A stretch of 64,000 nucleotides of DNA from a virus (taxonomy: Duplodnaviria > Caudoviricetes), in IMG/VR virus record IMGVR_UViG_3300028832_000123, positions 1 to 64,000 of that record, one strand, 5' to 3'. A model generated the notes under the pieces. That model was not told the origin of the DNA. It saw only the letters and a program-made list of their open reading frames with translations, and did no database searches. This document shows, piece by piece, positions 1 to 9,167 of this stretch; within the stretch, counting starts at the first letter, position 1; every line of letters starts with the position of its first letter. Position numbers and translations under genes: made by a program.

Positions 1-104
1 GTCAAAGACGCTCGTCTTTGGCAAGCATTTTACGTCTTCATTTTTTTGCTATTTTGTAGCACTTTTTTGTGCATTTTTTAGCCATATGCCGTGTCATATT
101 CTAC

Positions 105-134
105 TTGCCAAAATGGGTTGAGTTTTGCTATAAT
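105..134 (+). promoter_or_regulatory. sigma-A promoter of the serine recombinase gene
   Basis: TTGCCA (105-110), 18-nt spacer, TGc-TATAAT (129-134); SD AAGGAGG at 142-148 before TTG at 158. Confidence 0.75.
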
Positions 135-157
135 ACTACATAAGGAGGTGAACATAT

Positions 158-712
158 TTGAAAATCGGTTATGCTCGTGTTTCCACACAAGACCAGAACC
201 TGGACCGTCAGCTTGATGCTCTGAACAAAGCCGGATGTGAACGCATTTTTAACGAGAAGATGACCGGAACAAAATCCGCTCGTCCCGAACTTCAGCTGAT
301 GTTGCTGACCGTCCGTCCTGGCGATACAGTCATTGTAGAATCATTCTCTCGCCTTTCCAGATCCACAAAAGACCTGCTCCAGATGGTCGAAAAACTTTCA
401 AACATGGGTGTCCACTTGGTTTCCCTTAAAGAAGATCTCGACACGACAACAGCAACCGGCAAACTAATGCTTACCATGCTGTCCGCTCTATCCCAATTCG
501 AGCGTGACCTGATCGCCGAACGAACCATAGACGGATTGAAAGCAGCAAGGGCCAGAGGTAGATGTGGTGGAAGACCTAAGCTTGGTACAGACAAGGACAG
601 GAAACAAGCCGTTGCCATGTACAATGCGAACGTTATGTCAAACAAAGAGATTGCAACCAAGTTTGGAATCTCACTACGAACACTAAGCCGATGGATAAAA
701 GAAGGGCAGTGA
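158..712 (+). CDS. small serine recombinase (resolvase/invertase family) with C-terminal HTH
   Basis: N-terminal GYARVSTQDQ catalytic motif, SFSRLSRS, ERTIDGLKAARARGRCGGRP, C-terminal HTH. Confidence 0.95.
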   Translation: MKIGYARVSTQDQNLDRQLDALNKAGCERIFNEKMTGTKSARPELQLMLLTVRPGDTVIVESFSRLSRSTKDLLQMVEKLSNMGVHLVSLKEDLDTTTATGKLMLTMLSALSQFERDLIAERTIDGLKAARARGRCGGRPKLGTDKDRKQAVAMYNANVMSNKEIATKFGISLRTLSRWIKEGQ

Positions 713-824
713 TAAACTCACTGCTCTTTTAAGTGGCCCTGTCAATTTCCTATACACAAAAGCAACGCCTGACGTATATATATATGTTTTCCTTAAAAAA
801 ATATATAAAAGTGGGACAATGAAT

Positions 825-854
825 AAAAAAACAGGGGTGTTATCCCCTGCTTTT
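825..854. terminator. bidirectional intrinsic terminator between convergent resolvase and terS
   Basis: A-run, CAGGGG(832-837)-tgttat-CCCCTG(844-849), then CTTTT. Confidence 0.7.
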
Positions 855-1410
855 ACTCATCCGGTAAGCCTTCGAGCAGTCGTTTACGTGCTTCCGTGGC
901 GTCCAGATCCTGCATCGGATTGTTCGGTGTGACTACGACCTCTGTTGTATCAGTATATCCGTAATGGTTTTTACCGAGGAAGATCAGATTTGGCGGTGCC
1001 GCCTTTCCGTTAAGCATGTAGTCCTCCCACATTTCCTCGATAAAATTGTATGCTTTTTTTATCATGTCTATGCTTGCGGGGCTTATTGTCTTCCCATTCT
1101 GTCCCGTCTTCCATGCCCACAATGTCTTTCTCGATACACCCAAAGCATTTGCGAGACCAACAATACCCGGTTTCATGTCGTTATCAGCACAACGTTGAAG
1201 ATACCAATTAATCCTTTCCTGTACGTCTTCTGGTTTGTTCATATCGACAGCCGGCGCATTGAATGAAGCGAGTGCAAAAGAAATATACTTTGCATTATCG
1301 CCTGGTTCCGCATATTCTTGACCGAAGTTTGCAAGGTCAGGACGGTTCCGTTTTTTCTTCTGCTGAACGATGTCAACGATTTTGTCCTTGGTATCATCCA
1401 TATTTATCAC
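853..1410 (-). CDS. putative terminase small subunit
   Basis: HTH-like GIVGLANALGVSRKTLWAWK and C-terminal LIFLGKNHYGYTD..EVVV, typical of Firmicutes phage TerS. Confidence 0.75.
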   Translation of the reverse strand: MINMDDTKDKIVDIVQQKKKRNRPDLANFGQEYAEPGDNAKYISFALASFNAPAVDMNKPEDVQERINWYLQRCADNDMKPGIVGLANALGVSRKTLWAWKTGQNGKTISPASIDMIKKAYNFIEEMWEDYMLNGKAAPPNLIFLGKNHYGYTDTTEVVVTPNNPMQDLDATEARKRLLEGLPDE

Positions 1411-1532
1411 CTCATTTAAGCCTATTTTTAAGCGATTCTACCCGTGTCTCGTTTCGGACGCAGAATTATTCATCCGACCACCTGTCACGGGCATTCTACC
1501 ACCCTTCGTTGTCATTCTACCACACCCTGTAG

Positions 1533-2969
1533 TTACTGTCCATCATGCCATGCGTTTGGAATCTCCTCGAACGGTTTATCGTAGGGTGCCACAGCAGGGA
1601 TGAAACCGTTCTTTGCTTTCGCCAGGAAGTGTTTGATAATCGGACGATCTGTGGGTTCGGACACGTAGGAGTCAGAGTAGCGTGACGGCAACGGGAGAAT
1701 CCGTGGTGTGCAGACGAAATTGAGAACGTCCTGCTCAAGGTGCTCGTAGTGTACCTTGTTTATCGTGTTAATGACTTCGGACGCTATGCCGTTCTCCGTC
1801 ATGAGTTTGAGATTCATTAACATAACTCCGGCGTTGTAGTATGGCTTATGTGTATGGTTATGATTACGTACCTCTTCCACAGCAGCGAAGTAGTGGTTGT
1901 CGATATCATAGTTCCATATGTCGGAGATATCGTCAACGACTACGGTATCCGGATCGAGCCATAGCACACGCTCGACATAGGGCGGAAGAATACGGGTAAG
2001 TCCGGCTCGCAGGGTGGTCATGTAGCCGTACCAATGGATAATGTTCGGGCAGTCAGGCGGAAAGATTGTCTGGGAGGATACGTTAATGCAGTGGAAGATA
2101 GGCGGGAGATCCTTACCGACGTCATCATTGTCAACAAGCAGGAAGATCTTGTCCACCTGCGAGTGGCATAGCAGTGACTTTGCGGAGCTGATCATCATAT
2201 CCTGCACACGGTGGTCTCCGGCGTAGACAACATAGCGTGGTTGCGGGGTGGTGTGTGTTGCCCAGTACTGCACGAGGGGGAACTGTGTCCATGCGTCGGC
2301 GTGGAATCCGGCGTAATGCTTGATGATTGTACGGGACGGTGTGCCTGTGATATTGAAGCCTGGGATAGTGACGTTGTAGTCTGGAGGTAACGGGTCAAAC
2401 CTGTTACCGCAGATGAGATTAAAGGCGTCCTGCTCCGGATACTGGTGGTAGGTAGTGTTGAGTTCCTGAATGATCAGGTCATCCTTACCGGAGTCACGGA
2501 GCAAGGTAAGGTTATACAGCACAAGCCCGAAGTTTGCGTACGGGACGCCACGAATCTGTGAGCCACGGGGTTCGAGTACAGCTGCGTAGTAGGCGGACGT
2601 GAGGTCGTAGTCCCAGAGTGCGGAGATTGATCCGCATGTGATTGTGTCAACGTCAAGGACGATTGCACGGGGAGCGTCTGGAAACAACTTGGAGAGTGTG
2701 GCTTTCATCAGAGCCATGTAGGTGTAACGTGTACGGAAGGACGGGGAGTTGCGGGAGAAGAATGTCTGCTGTGAAATGTTGTACACGTGTACGTTGGCAG
2801 GAGTTTTGTACGGGAGCTTGTCATGCTCTATGAAAAGGTAGACCTGCACGTCTGGGTTGTAGTAGAGCATGGAGTTATATGCCGCCGGAAGCGTAGAGTA
2901 CAGGTTTGCGGTGGCGAACATTGCGACGATGTGGTCTGAGTGACCGGTGTGGATTACTGGATTACTCAA
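1533..2969 (-). CDS. glycosyltransferase family 8 protein with two tandem GT8 domains
   Basis: Two copies of the GT8 signature set: IVLDVDT / LWLDPDT (DxD), YANFGLVLYNL / YYNAGVMLMNL, EQDAFN / EQDVLN, IIKHY / IIKHF. Confidence 0.9.
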   Translation of the reverse strand: MSNPVIHTGHSDHIVAMFATANLYSTLPAAYNSMLYYNPDVQVYLFIEHDKLPYKTPANVHVYNISQQTFFSRNSPSFRTRYTYMALMKATLSKLFPDAPRAIVLDVDTITCGSISALWDYDLTSAYYAAVLEPRGSQIRGVPYANFGLVLYNLTLLRDSGKDDLIIQELNTTYHQYPEQDAFNLICGNRFDPLPPDYNVTIPGFNITGTPSRTIIKHYAGFHADAWTQFPLVQYWATHTTPQPRYVVYAGDHRVQDMMISSAKSLLCHSQVDKIFLLVDNDDVGKDLPPIFHCINVSSQTIFPPDCPNIIHWYGYMTTLRAGLTRILPPYVERVLWLDPDTVVVDDISDIWNYDIDNHYFAAVEEVRNHNHTHKPYYNAGVMLMNLKLMTENGIASEVINTINKVHYEHLEQDVLNFVCTPRILPLPSRYSDSYVSEPTDRPIIKHFLAKAKNGFIPAVAPYDKPFEEIPNAWHDGQ

Positions 2970-2985
2970 GGTTCTGCACCTTCTT

Positions 2986-4008
2986 TCATAGCGGGGATGT
3001 TGTTGATGAATAATAAGAGTCTTTCAGCGTGTTGATCAGTGCTGTGATTCTCTCGCAGGAGTGCCCGTCACAGGCGCCGGCAGTAATGGAACGGCACATG
3101 CGTTCTTCTGCTGTAATTCCATAGTTGGCCATTCGCATGTGTATTGTTTCGATAAGTTCGGACTCTGACTTTACAAAATAGTCTGTATATCCGTATGGAT
3201 ACGGGAGATACATGCCACGTTCACAGGCGTATTGTGTATAGTCAGACGCAAAGTAATTATCTTTGCGCTTGTCGAACAGTATAATGGGTTTGTCGAGCAG
3301 TAAGGCATCGAACATAATGGAGGAGTAGTCGGTGATGACAATGTCTGCGTCGTACAGGTACGGAGTAGTAGGCATGTAAGCTTCTATGAGTTTAATGTGC
3401 TTGAAGTACTCTATTCTGAACGGTGTTTCTGCTTCCGCATCGTGCGATGCAATCCATGGATGAAGCTTAACGATCAGCTCCTCATTGTCCGTCAGTTCGT
3501 CGTCAATGTACCGCCAGTCTATTTCAGGTGACTTCGGGTCGAATCTGTCACGGAAGGTGGGAACGTACAGGTATGTTATCTTGTCGTTGCTTTTCTTTGG
3601 ACGGTTGTTGAAGTACTGATCCGTGCGGGGGAAACCGAGCGGAAGGATCCGTTCTGACGGTACGCCGGTACACTTGCTCCATACCGGTATCATCTTCTCG
3701 CTTGCGGAGATGATGAAGGTCATGTTATCTGCCAGACTTAAACGGTAGTACGGACGCATGGGTTGGTCGAGTCCGATTTTCTTTCCGCCCTGTATGCCAT
3801 GCCAGATCATGATGACGTTCTTGCGTTTCCACTTCGGGAAATCATCCATCACCACGACAGGATACCTGTCTGACATATAGGCTTCACAAAACCCAGGTTC
3901 GTTTGTGTTCATGAATACCTTACTGCCAGGATAAGCATCGAACATAGCGGTAATGTTCTCACAGCGTGGCATAGGACGGAAGGAAGCGAACAGAACTGGA
4001 TTACTCAT
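2986..4008 (-). CDS. CDP-glycerol glycerophosphotransferase family protein (TagB/TagF-like)
   Basis: IMIWHG, LGFPRTD, LYVPTFR, IVKLHP, ADIVITDYSSIMFDALLLDKPIIL motifs; likely ATG at 4008 overlapping the upstream stop (track start 4032). Confidence 0.9.
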   Translation of the reverse strand: MSNPVLFASFRPMPRCENITAMFDAYPGSKVFMNTNEPGFCEAYMSDRYPVVVMDDFPKWKRKNVIMIWHGIQGGKKIGLDQPMRPYYRLSLADNMTFIISASEKMIPVWSKCTGVPSERILPLGFPRTDQYFNNRPKKSNDKITYLYVPTFRDRFDPKSPEIDWRYIDDELTDNEELIVKLHPWIASHDAEAETPFRIEYFKHIKLIEAYMPTTPYLYDADIVITDYSSIMFDALLLDKPIILFDKRKDNYFASDYTQYACERGMYLPYPYGYTDYFVKSESELIETIHMRMANYGITAEERMCRSITAGACDGHSCERITALINTLKDSYYSSTTSPL

Positions 4009-4357
4009 TCTTACCAGCTCCTCTCTTTTCAAGGAGGCCCATTTCCTCCATCACGATCCGGCATGCCCTGCGGATTACAATCCAAATTGCACTGGTGCTG
4101 ATGCCTGTGCTCTTTGAGTAGTCTTGCACAGCGAACAGCCCGTCACCCCAGTGCCTTGTAAAGAACATTTTGAGGATGTTTTGATCTGTCTTTACGAACC
4201 TGTGGAGGAACAGGTGATTGCACAGTGCGTAGATCTTTTTGTTTGATTCGGGAAGGTTATCCCAGTTGTCCACCCCGTCACGTTCCATTGCGAAGTAGGT
4301 ACGCCAGCAGTGAGTTGCTGTTTCCCACCACCACGGGAACTTCTGTGCTTGTCTCAT
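4001..4357 (-). CDS. hypothetical phage protein
   Basis: ORF coupled to neighbours in the operon; no recognised motif. Confidence 0.55.
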   Translation of the reverse strand: MRQAQKFPWWWETATHCWRTYFAMERDGVDNWDNLPESNKKIYALCNHLFLHRFVKTDQNILKMFFTRHWGDGLFAVQDYSKSTGISTSAIWIVIRRACRIVMEEMGLLEKRGAGKNE

Positions 4358-4365
4358 TGTTTATA

Positions 4366-4572
4366 TCACCTCACTCCGAAGTAATTGTTATCGGTGGGTA
4401 TAGGTCCGGACTCTGTCATGATCGCTACTCGTTCGTCGAGTTCCTCAAGCCTGTCAGCTGCCTGACGTGCGACCTCGATACGATCCTTTGTCAGCATACC
4501 GCCTGTGTCTGCCATAAGCCGGAGCCGGCGGATTAACTGAAGAGTTGGAATCTGTGGTTTTACTTTGCTCAA
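4366..4572 (-). CDS. hypothetical protein
   Basis: 68-aa ORF in operon context. Confidence 0.55.
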   Translation of the reverse strand: MSKVKPQIPTLQLIRRLRLMADTGGMLTKDRIEVARQAADRLEELDERVAIMTESGPIPTDNNYFGVR

Positions 4573-4576
4573 TGTC

Positions 4577-5239
4577 TCATTCCCCTTTCGTTACGTTGTG
4601 TTTGTTGAACTCGACTGTTCCAAGGTGCCCGATTGTACGGGTGGAATCGCACCAGATCTTTTCGCCGAGCAGTTTTACCCTGTAGCAGAAGGATATATCC
4701 TCACTGGCCCACGTGTATGGGGCGAATGCCGGTCCAAACTTATCCCATACACGTTTCAGTAACGGGACCGATGTAATTACGCACCCGAACCCGCAACCTT
4801 CCACGTTGAACTCGGTGTCTGCCGGAATGTCTGTCATGGTTGCGATCTTCTTCTGCACCTGCCCGTCTTTCAGCTCCGGCTCGTCTATGGTTTTGTACAG
4901 CACGGGCGTAAACGGTGGCTTGCGCATGTAGTAGACTTCAGTAAGCATGTCTACATTCCCAAGGATGTGCATGGTTGAGAGCATGTGCTCCAGAATGTCA
5001 GACGGGAATGTCATGTCACTGTCAAGCCAGAGCACGTAGTCGAAGTGTTGCTCGATAGCTGTCAGTGACAGCAGGTTACGTGAGTCATATATCAGTGAGT
5101 TGGATATCGGGCACAGCTTTATCTCGTCGCCGAAGAATTTTTGTTGTGAGTACATGAGCATTTCGATCAGAGACACGCCGAATTTTACCGGCCATGTGTC
5201 CATGCAAGGTACTGCTACCAGAATTTTCATACGTTCCAA
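4577..5239 (-). CDS. GT-A fold (GT2-like) glycosyltransferase
   Basis: ILVAVP start, SRN, YVLWLDSD (DxD), GCGFGCV, SEDISFC, IGH; clear paralogue of 59566-60210. Confidence 0.8.
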   Translation of the reverse strand: MERMKILVAVPCMDTWPVKFGVSLIEMLMYSQQKFFGDEIKLCPISNSLIYDSRNLLSLTAIEQHFDYVLWLDSDMTFPSDILEHMLSTMHILGNVDMLTEVYYMRKPPFTPVLYKTIDEPELKDGQVQKKIATMTDIPADTEFNVEGCGFGCVITSVPLLKRVWDKFGPAFAPYTWASEDISFCYRVKLLGEKIWCDSTRTIGHLGTVEFNKHNVTKGE

Positions 5240-5442
5240 CCTTTCTTCCTCATCTCGCTTAATGCGCTTTCTATTTCGTCGTTGTGTGTACTGACGTATT
5301 CGGCAAGAGATTTATTTATAATCTCTGACATGCTTGCGTGTTTATCTCCATGAAACATTTTTTGAAATAAGGCTGTAGTCATCAGTTTAATGTGCATATC
5401 TTTATCCATCATCACGGTTACCTGTATTCTTTTACGTGCCAT
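5227..5442 (-). CDS. small hypothetical protein, possibly ribbon-helix-helix DNA-binding
   Basis: N-terminal beta-like RIQVTVMM followed by helices (SMSEIINKSLAEYV). Confidence 0.45.
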   Translation of the reverse strand: MARKRIQVTVMMDKDMHIKLMTTALFQKMFHGDKHASMSEIINKSLAEYVSTHNDEIESALSEMRKKGWNV

Positions 5443-5473
5443 TTAGATTAATTCACCCCTTTTCGTGTATTTT

Positions 5474-5801
5474 TGTCCCACTTTTTTTGTATTGTCCCAC
5501 TTTATTTTGCCGAGTGGGACAATTTTTGACGGCTGTAAGCGTTGATTTTTCTACGTCTGTCCCACTTGTCCCACTGTGTCCCACTGTTTTTACATACACC
5601 TATGCGCACGTAACGTGTGTGCGACATGCTGTTTTTTATATTTTTTTCTATAATATATATGGGTGTGTATGAAAATAGTGGGCCAAAGTGGGACAATCGC
5701 ATTTTTGTGACGTGTAAGCATTGATTTTCCTCACTTTCTTGTGTCCCATTCATAGTGGGACACGGCTGAAATAATGGGACAATTAAGAAAAAAGTGGGAC
5801 A
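5474..5801. repeat. iteron array, putative replication origin
   Basis: Nine exact GTCCCAC/GTGGGAC copies (5475, 5494, 5514, 5559, 5568, 5578, 5688, 5755, 5794) plus variants around an AT-rich core, immediately downstream of the DUF927 helicase gene. Confidence 0.8.
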
Positions 5802-5803
5802 AT

Positions 5804-7711
5804 TTAGAACGGCATATCCGGATCCTCCACGGCAACATAACTCCTGTATGCTTCACGTTCAGCGTCAGACGCAGATGCCGTGTCTCCGGAAATGCGAAGA
5901 GCAATGCACCTGGCTCTTCCGTTTGGCAATGTCTTGCGAACGGTTAACCTGCGCTCGTCTCCTCTGCCGTGATCCTCAAACTCAAGCATGTTGTGGAGCT
6001 TTGCCCAGTTAAGGAACGGCTTTAATGCGTAGCCATTGTTCTTCAGAACATTTTCAAATACGTTCTTATTGATATACGCAATGTCACCTTCAATAACGCC
6101 CCAGAATTCACCATTGTTGCTGTCAACAGATTCGAATCGCCTTGGGTTCTGATCTATCCACCCGATAAGGAACTCATAGCACCGTCTGTTGATGTCAGAT
6201 TCTTCCTTGGTGATCAGGAATTCTTTCAGTTCGTCTGAAGTCAGGTTGTTCCCGTCCTTAAAGATCGCCATGGTCGCCAGTGCATCAGCTGCCAACAGGA
6301 TTGATGCGGACAGCACCTGCTTACCGTCAATGCCGTCAGAAAGTTCTTTGTAATACTTCTTCTGGAGTTGCTTCAGGGCGTTAATGATCTCTTTGCTTGA
6401 GATTGCATCGACAAATTTCTTTCCAGCGAATCCGTAGTTTTCTTTCAGCAGGGCTGCCGTTTCCCGTGCAGTCTCATCATCCTCGAACAACGGCTGATTC
6501 TTGTAGTTAACCTCAATGGTACGTACCGCAGCGCCACCGCCGGAGTTGCTCTGGATGATCGGCGTTTCTCCGGTCGTTATGATGCACGTTGACCACCTCT
6601 TCTGGAGCTGAAGTCCGCCTTCTTTTGCGCCACGGCCCTTGCTGACACCTTCGCACAGCATATAGATAATGTCATCGAAGTTCCTGCGGTTGTCATTGAT
6701 CACCTGCAACTCGTCAAGCATGACAGGAAGATTACAGCAGAAGGCGGCATGCAGTTCAAAGCTGACTCGTGTACCGCTGAATGTTTTTGCCAGTCCGCCA
6801 AGCTCCGGATTGCCCCAGATGCTCGCTGCAAGCATAAGCCCTACCGTCTTACCGCAACCCTTCTCGCCCCAAAGGTGTACAAAAAATGGAAGAGCGTCAA
6901 GGAGCTTAACCAAAGGCGCTGCGAACCCTGCAGCCAGTGCGATCCTCGCCGGAACGGAGTCTCCTGCACGAACCTTCTTTGCCAGGTCCATCCATGTCTG
7001 CTCGTCTCCGGTTGGTTTAAGCTCACGATATACCTTATCGAACTCAACACTCTCTCCGTCATATGTGATATCGTCCACGTATGGCATAAACCGCCCGTCA
7101 GCGAGCCATCCCATATGTGATACTGAATTTTGTATAGGCAGGTCATCATAGTTTTTGCTTTCGAGAAGGCTCATAAAGCGCACGACTTCCTTGGCGTTCT
7201 CGGAGTTAACAGCCACATCCTGCTTGGACAGGCCAACTATCTTCTGGGCAGAGGATAATTGCTCACGGGACGCCGTAATAGTCTTCCACTTCCCGCTCTT
7301 ACCACGCTGAAACGCAATCTCAAGCTTGGCTTCGAGCGTTTCAATATTGGTTACACGCTTTATCGGCATAATCGGATGTGATATAACCTCGACCTCCATG
7401 CCGAATTCGTTAATGCGGGTCACTCTGTCCGTGCATGTATAGGATCCGCAGCGCAACGTAACAGGCTGATTCTCGAACATGGTGTCAGCGCTGATATCAT
7501 CTATGGAAATCTCCTTGCGCTGTGATGCAATGTAGGATTTCCACATTGCCATGAAACCTTTGAAGCCAAGTGACAATGCCATGTCACGGGTCTTCTGAAT
7601 CATCTGTTGCTGAATGAACGGATTCTTTTCCTTGTATATGGCGGCGTATGGTTTGTCTGTTGTAAAGTCTTCCAGTACATATTGTTCTACGAGAGGTACA
7701 GCTTCACTCAA
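5804..7711 (-). CDS. DUF927-family replicative helicase/ATPase
   Basis: HMGW motif, Walker A GEKGCGKT, Walker B VMLDE, GVSKGRG, IITTGE; acidic C-terminus ending DMPF. Confidence 0.85.
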   Translation of the reverse strand: MSEAVPLVEQYVLEDFTTDKPYAAIYKEKNPFIQQQMIQKTRDMALSLGFKGFMAMWKSYIASQRKEISIDDISADTMFENQPVTLRCGSYTCTDRVTRINEFGMEVEVISHPIMPIKRVTNIETLEAKLEIAFQRGKSGKWKTITASREQLSSAQKIVGLSKQDVAVNSENAKEVVRFMSLLESKNYDDLPIQNSVSHMGWLADGRFMPYVDDITYDGESVEFDKVYRELKPTGDEQTWMDLAKKVRAGDSVPARIALAAGFAAPLVKLLDALPFFVHLWGEKGCGKTVGLMLAASIWGNPELGGLAKTFSGTRVSFELHAAFCCNLPVMLDELQVINDNRRNFDDIIYMLCEGVSKGRGAKEGGLQLQKRWSTCIITTGETPIIQSNSGGGAAVRTIEVNYKNQPLFEDDETARETAALLKENYGFAGKKFVDAISSKEIINALKQLQKKYYKELSDGIDGKQVLSASILLAADALATMAIFKDGNNLTSDELKEFLITKEESDINRRCYEFLIGWIDQNPRRFESVDSNNGEFWGVIEGDIAYINKNVFENVLKNNGYALKPFLNWAKLHNMLEFEDHGRGDERRLTVRKTLPNGRARCIALRISGDTASASDAEREAYRSYVAVEDPDMPF

Positions 7712-8069
7712 TGTTATTCACCTCCCCTCCCATAAAGTATGATCCTTTGCTGATTCCTTTCTTTTTCCCGTATGTATTAACAAGAACGTTATATACATCA
7801 ACAGGGATTGAAAGTATATTTGCGCCCTGGTTCAAGAGCATTGCCACGTATAATCCAAATTCGGGGTGCCCGTATGTGGTTGCGTAAAAAATCGGATCTC
7901 CAAAGCTCGGATATTTATGCCCTTTCAGATATGATTCACAGCTTCTGTCGAATAGTGCTGACAAGATGTGGCCGGCAGCTTCGACACGTAAATACATAGG
8001 CAGTTCCTTGTCTGCCATGATTGGACGGTATAATGCTTTTACCTTTTCCCGTGCTTTATAGTTAAGCAT
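7704..8069 (-). CDS. hypothetical protein
   Basis: 121-aa ORF overlapping the helicase start, downstream of the promoter at 8123-8151. Confidence 0.55.
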   Translation of the reverse strand: MLNYKAREKVKALYRPIMADKELPMYLRVEAAGHILSALFDRSCESYLKGHKYPSFGDPIFYATTYGHPEFGLYVAMLLNQGANILSIPVDVYNVLVNTYGKKKGISKGSYFMGGEVNNIE

Positions 8070-8122
8070 TTATCGAATCCTCTCCCCTTACATAAAGGTC
8101 ACAACAACTACAGTGTAAAGAT

Positions 8123-8151
8123 ATTGTACTACTTATAAGAGTAAAAAACAA
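8123..8151 (-). promoter_or_regulatory. promoter with 17-bp operator-like element
   Basis: TTGTTT-17-TACAAT on minus strand; spacer holds TACTCTT-ATA-AGTAGTA (8127-8143). Confidence 0.55.
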
Positions 8152-8163
8152 TAAATAAATACC

Positions 8164-8469
8164 TCAGTGAATGCTTTCATAAAGCGTATAGTCTATTGAT
8201 CCGTGAACGATTGTCCCTGTGTCCATGCGTTTCAGCGTTCCATCCATTGCTCTCATGGCGTATCCTGTTGGCTCAAACATAAGCTTGCTGTTTGATACGT
8301 AGGCTTTTGCCGTTATGATTTTTCCGTTTTTTCTGAATTGAATATATATCGGTTTATCAGTAAACGGATCGAGCACTGTCATGTCTACGTATCGTGTCCC
8401 GCAGAATGGGCATTGAAGATCCGACACTTCTTTTGCAGCCCCGCAGTTAATGCAGTTTGTCTTGCTCAT
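8164..8469 (-). CDS. zinc-ribbon protein
   Basis: N-terminal CxxC...CxxC (TNCINCGA..CPFCGT); paralogue of 16411-16638. Confidence 0.7.
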   Translation of the reverse strand: MSKTNCINCGAAKEVSDLQCPFCGTRYVDMTVLDPFTDKPIYIQFRKNGKIITAKAYVSNSKLMFEPTGYAMRAMDGTLKRMDTGTIVHGSIDYTLYESIH

Positions 8470-8656
8470 GTATTCCTCCTTAATTGTAAGGCTTGAAGTC
8501 TGTTTGTCTCTGTTCTCTCTTCAGCCGTTTAATCGCTCTCTTGCATTCAGGGCATACATATACGCCTTTGTATTCTATTGGGCATGGAAAATCTCTTCTG
8601 CTGTTACAGATTATGCACTCGGTGAATGTTACGAGTTCTTTATCGCTTTCCATACT

Positions 8657-8935
8657 TTAGTCAACCTCTTTCTTACATTCACCATTAAAGCAGAAGTTTC
8701 CATCTGAAGGCATTCGATTGTAGTAGCTGTCGTCGCATATATACGGGCATGTGTAATCCCTAAATGCAGAGTCTTCATACCTCGGCGCAGCAACCTTGCC
8801 GTTTTCATATACAGGTCTGTGAATACAAAACTTACAAGGTATAACATACGCAATTGTGGTGGTCTGTGCAGGACTCAATGCAATTTCTTTGTTTGATATG
8901 TACTGTGCATGCAAATTATCGTTTGATACTACCAT
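8657..8935 (-). CDS. hypothetical Cys-containing protein
   Basis: CKFC..CPYIC..FCFNGEC pattern; operon context. Confidence 0.5.
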   Translation of the reverse strand: MVVSNDNLHAQYISNKEIALSPAQTTTIAYVIPCKFCIHRPVYENGKVAAPRYEDSAFRDYTCPYICDDSYYNRMPSDGNFCFNGECKKEVD

Positions 8936-8942
8936 TATTTAT

Positions 8943-9167
8943 TCATCCCTTCTCGATCATGTTCCTGATCATCCTGTCAAAGCCGTCCGACTTTACCCTG
9001 TACTTATTTCGTTTCTGTTGCAGGTACTGGAGCAACGCCTTGCGCACTTCGACTTCCGGATAATCGCACATCCTCTCACGTGTCTGTACTGGGTGAACAT
9101 GTTCAGCTGCCTTTGTTACAATTGGATAAGGCACCCCGTACTTATCAGCTATTGCTTTCAGTGTCAT
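8943..9167 (-). CDS. hypothetical protein, possible HTH
   Basis: MTLKAIADKYGVPYPIV resembles an HTH. Confidence 0.5.
   Translation of the reverse strand: MTLKAIADKYGVPYPIVTKAAEHVHPVQTRERMCDYPEVEVRKALLQYLQQKRNKYRVKSDGFDRMIRNMIEKG

Noticed and set aside
2956-4008. GT8 and TagF-like genes share a 13-nt start (both begin MSNPV)
   Set aside because: Real observation (2956-2968 and 3995-4007) but too short, with only two copies, to separate from chance.
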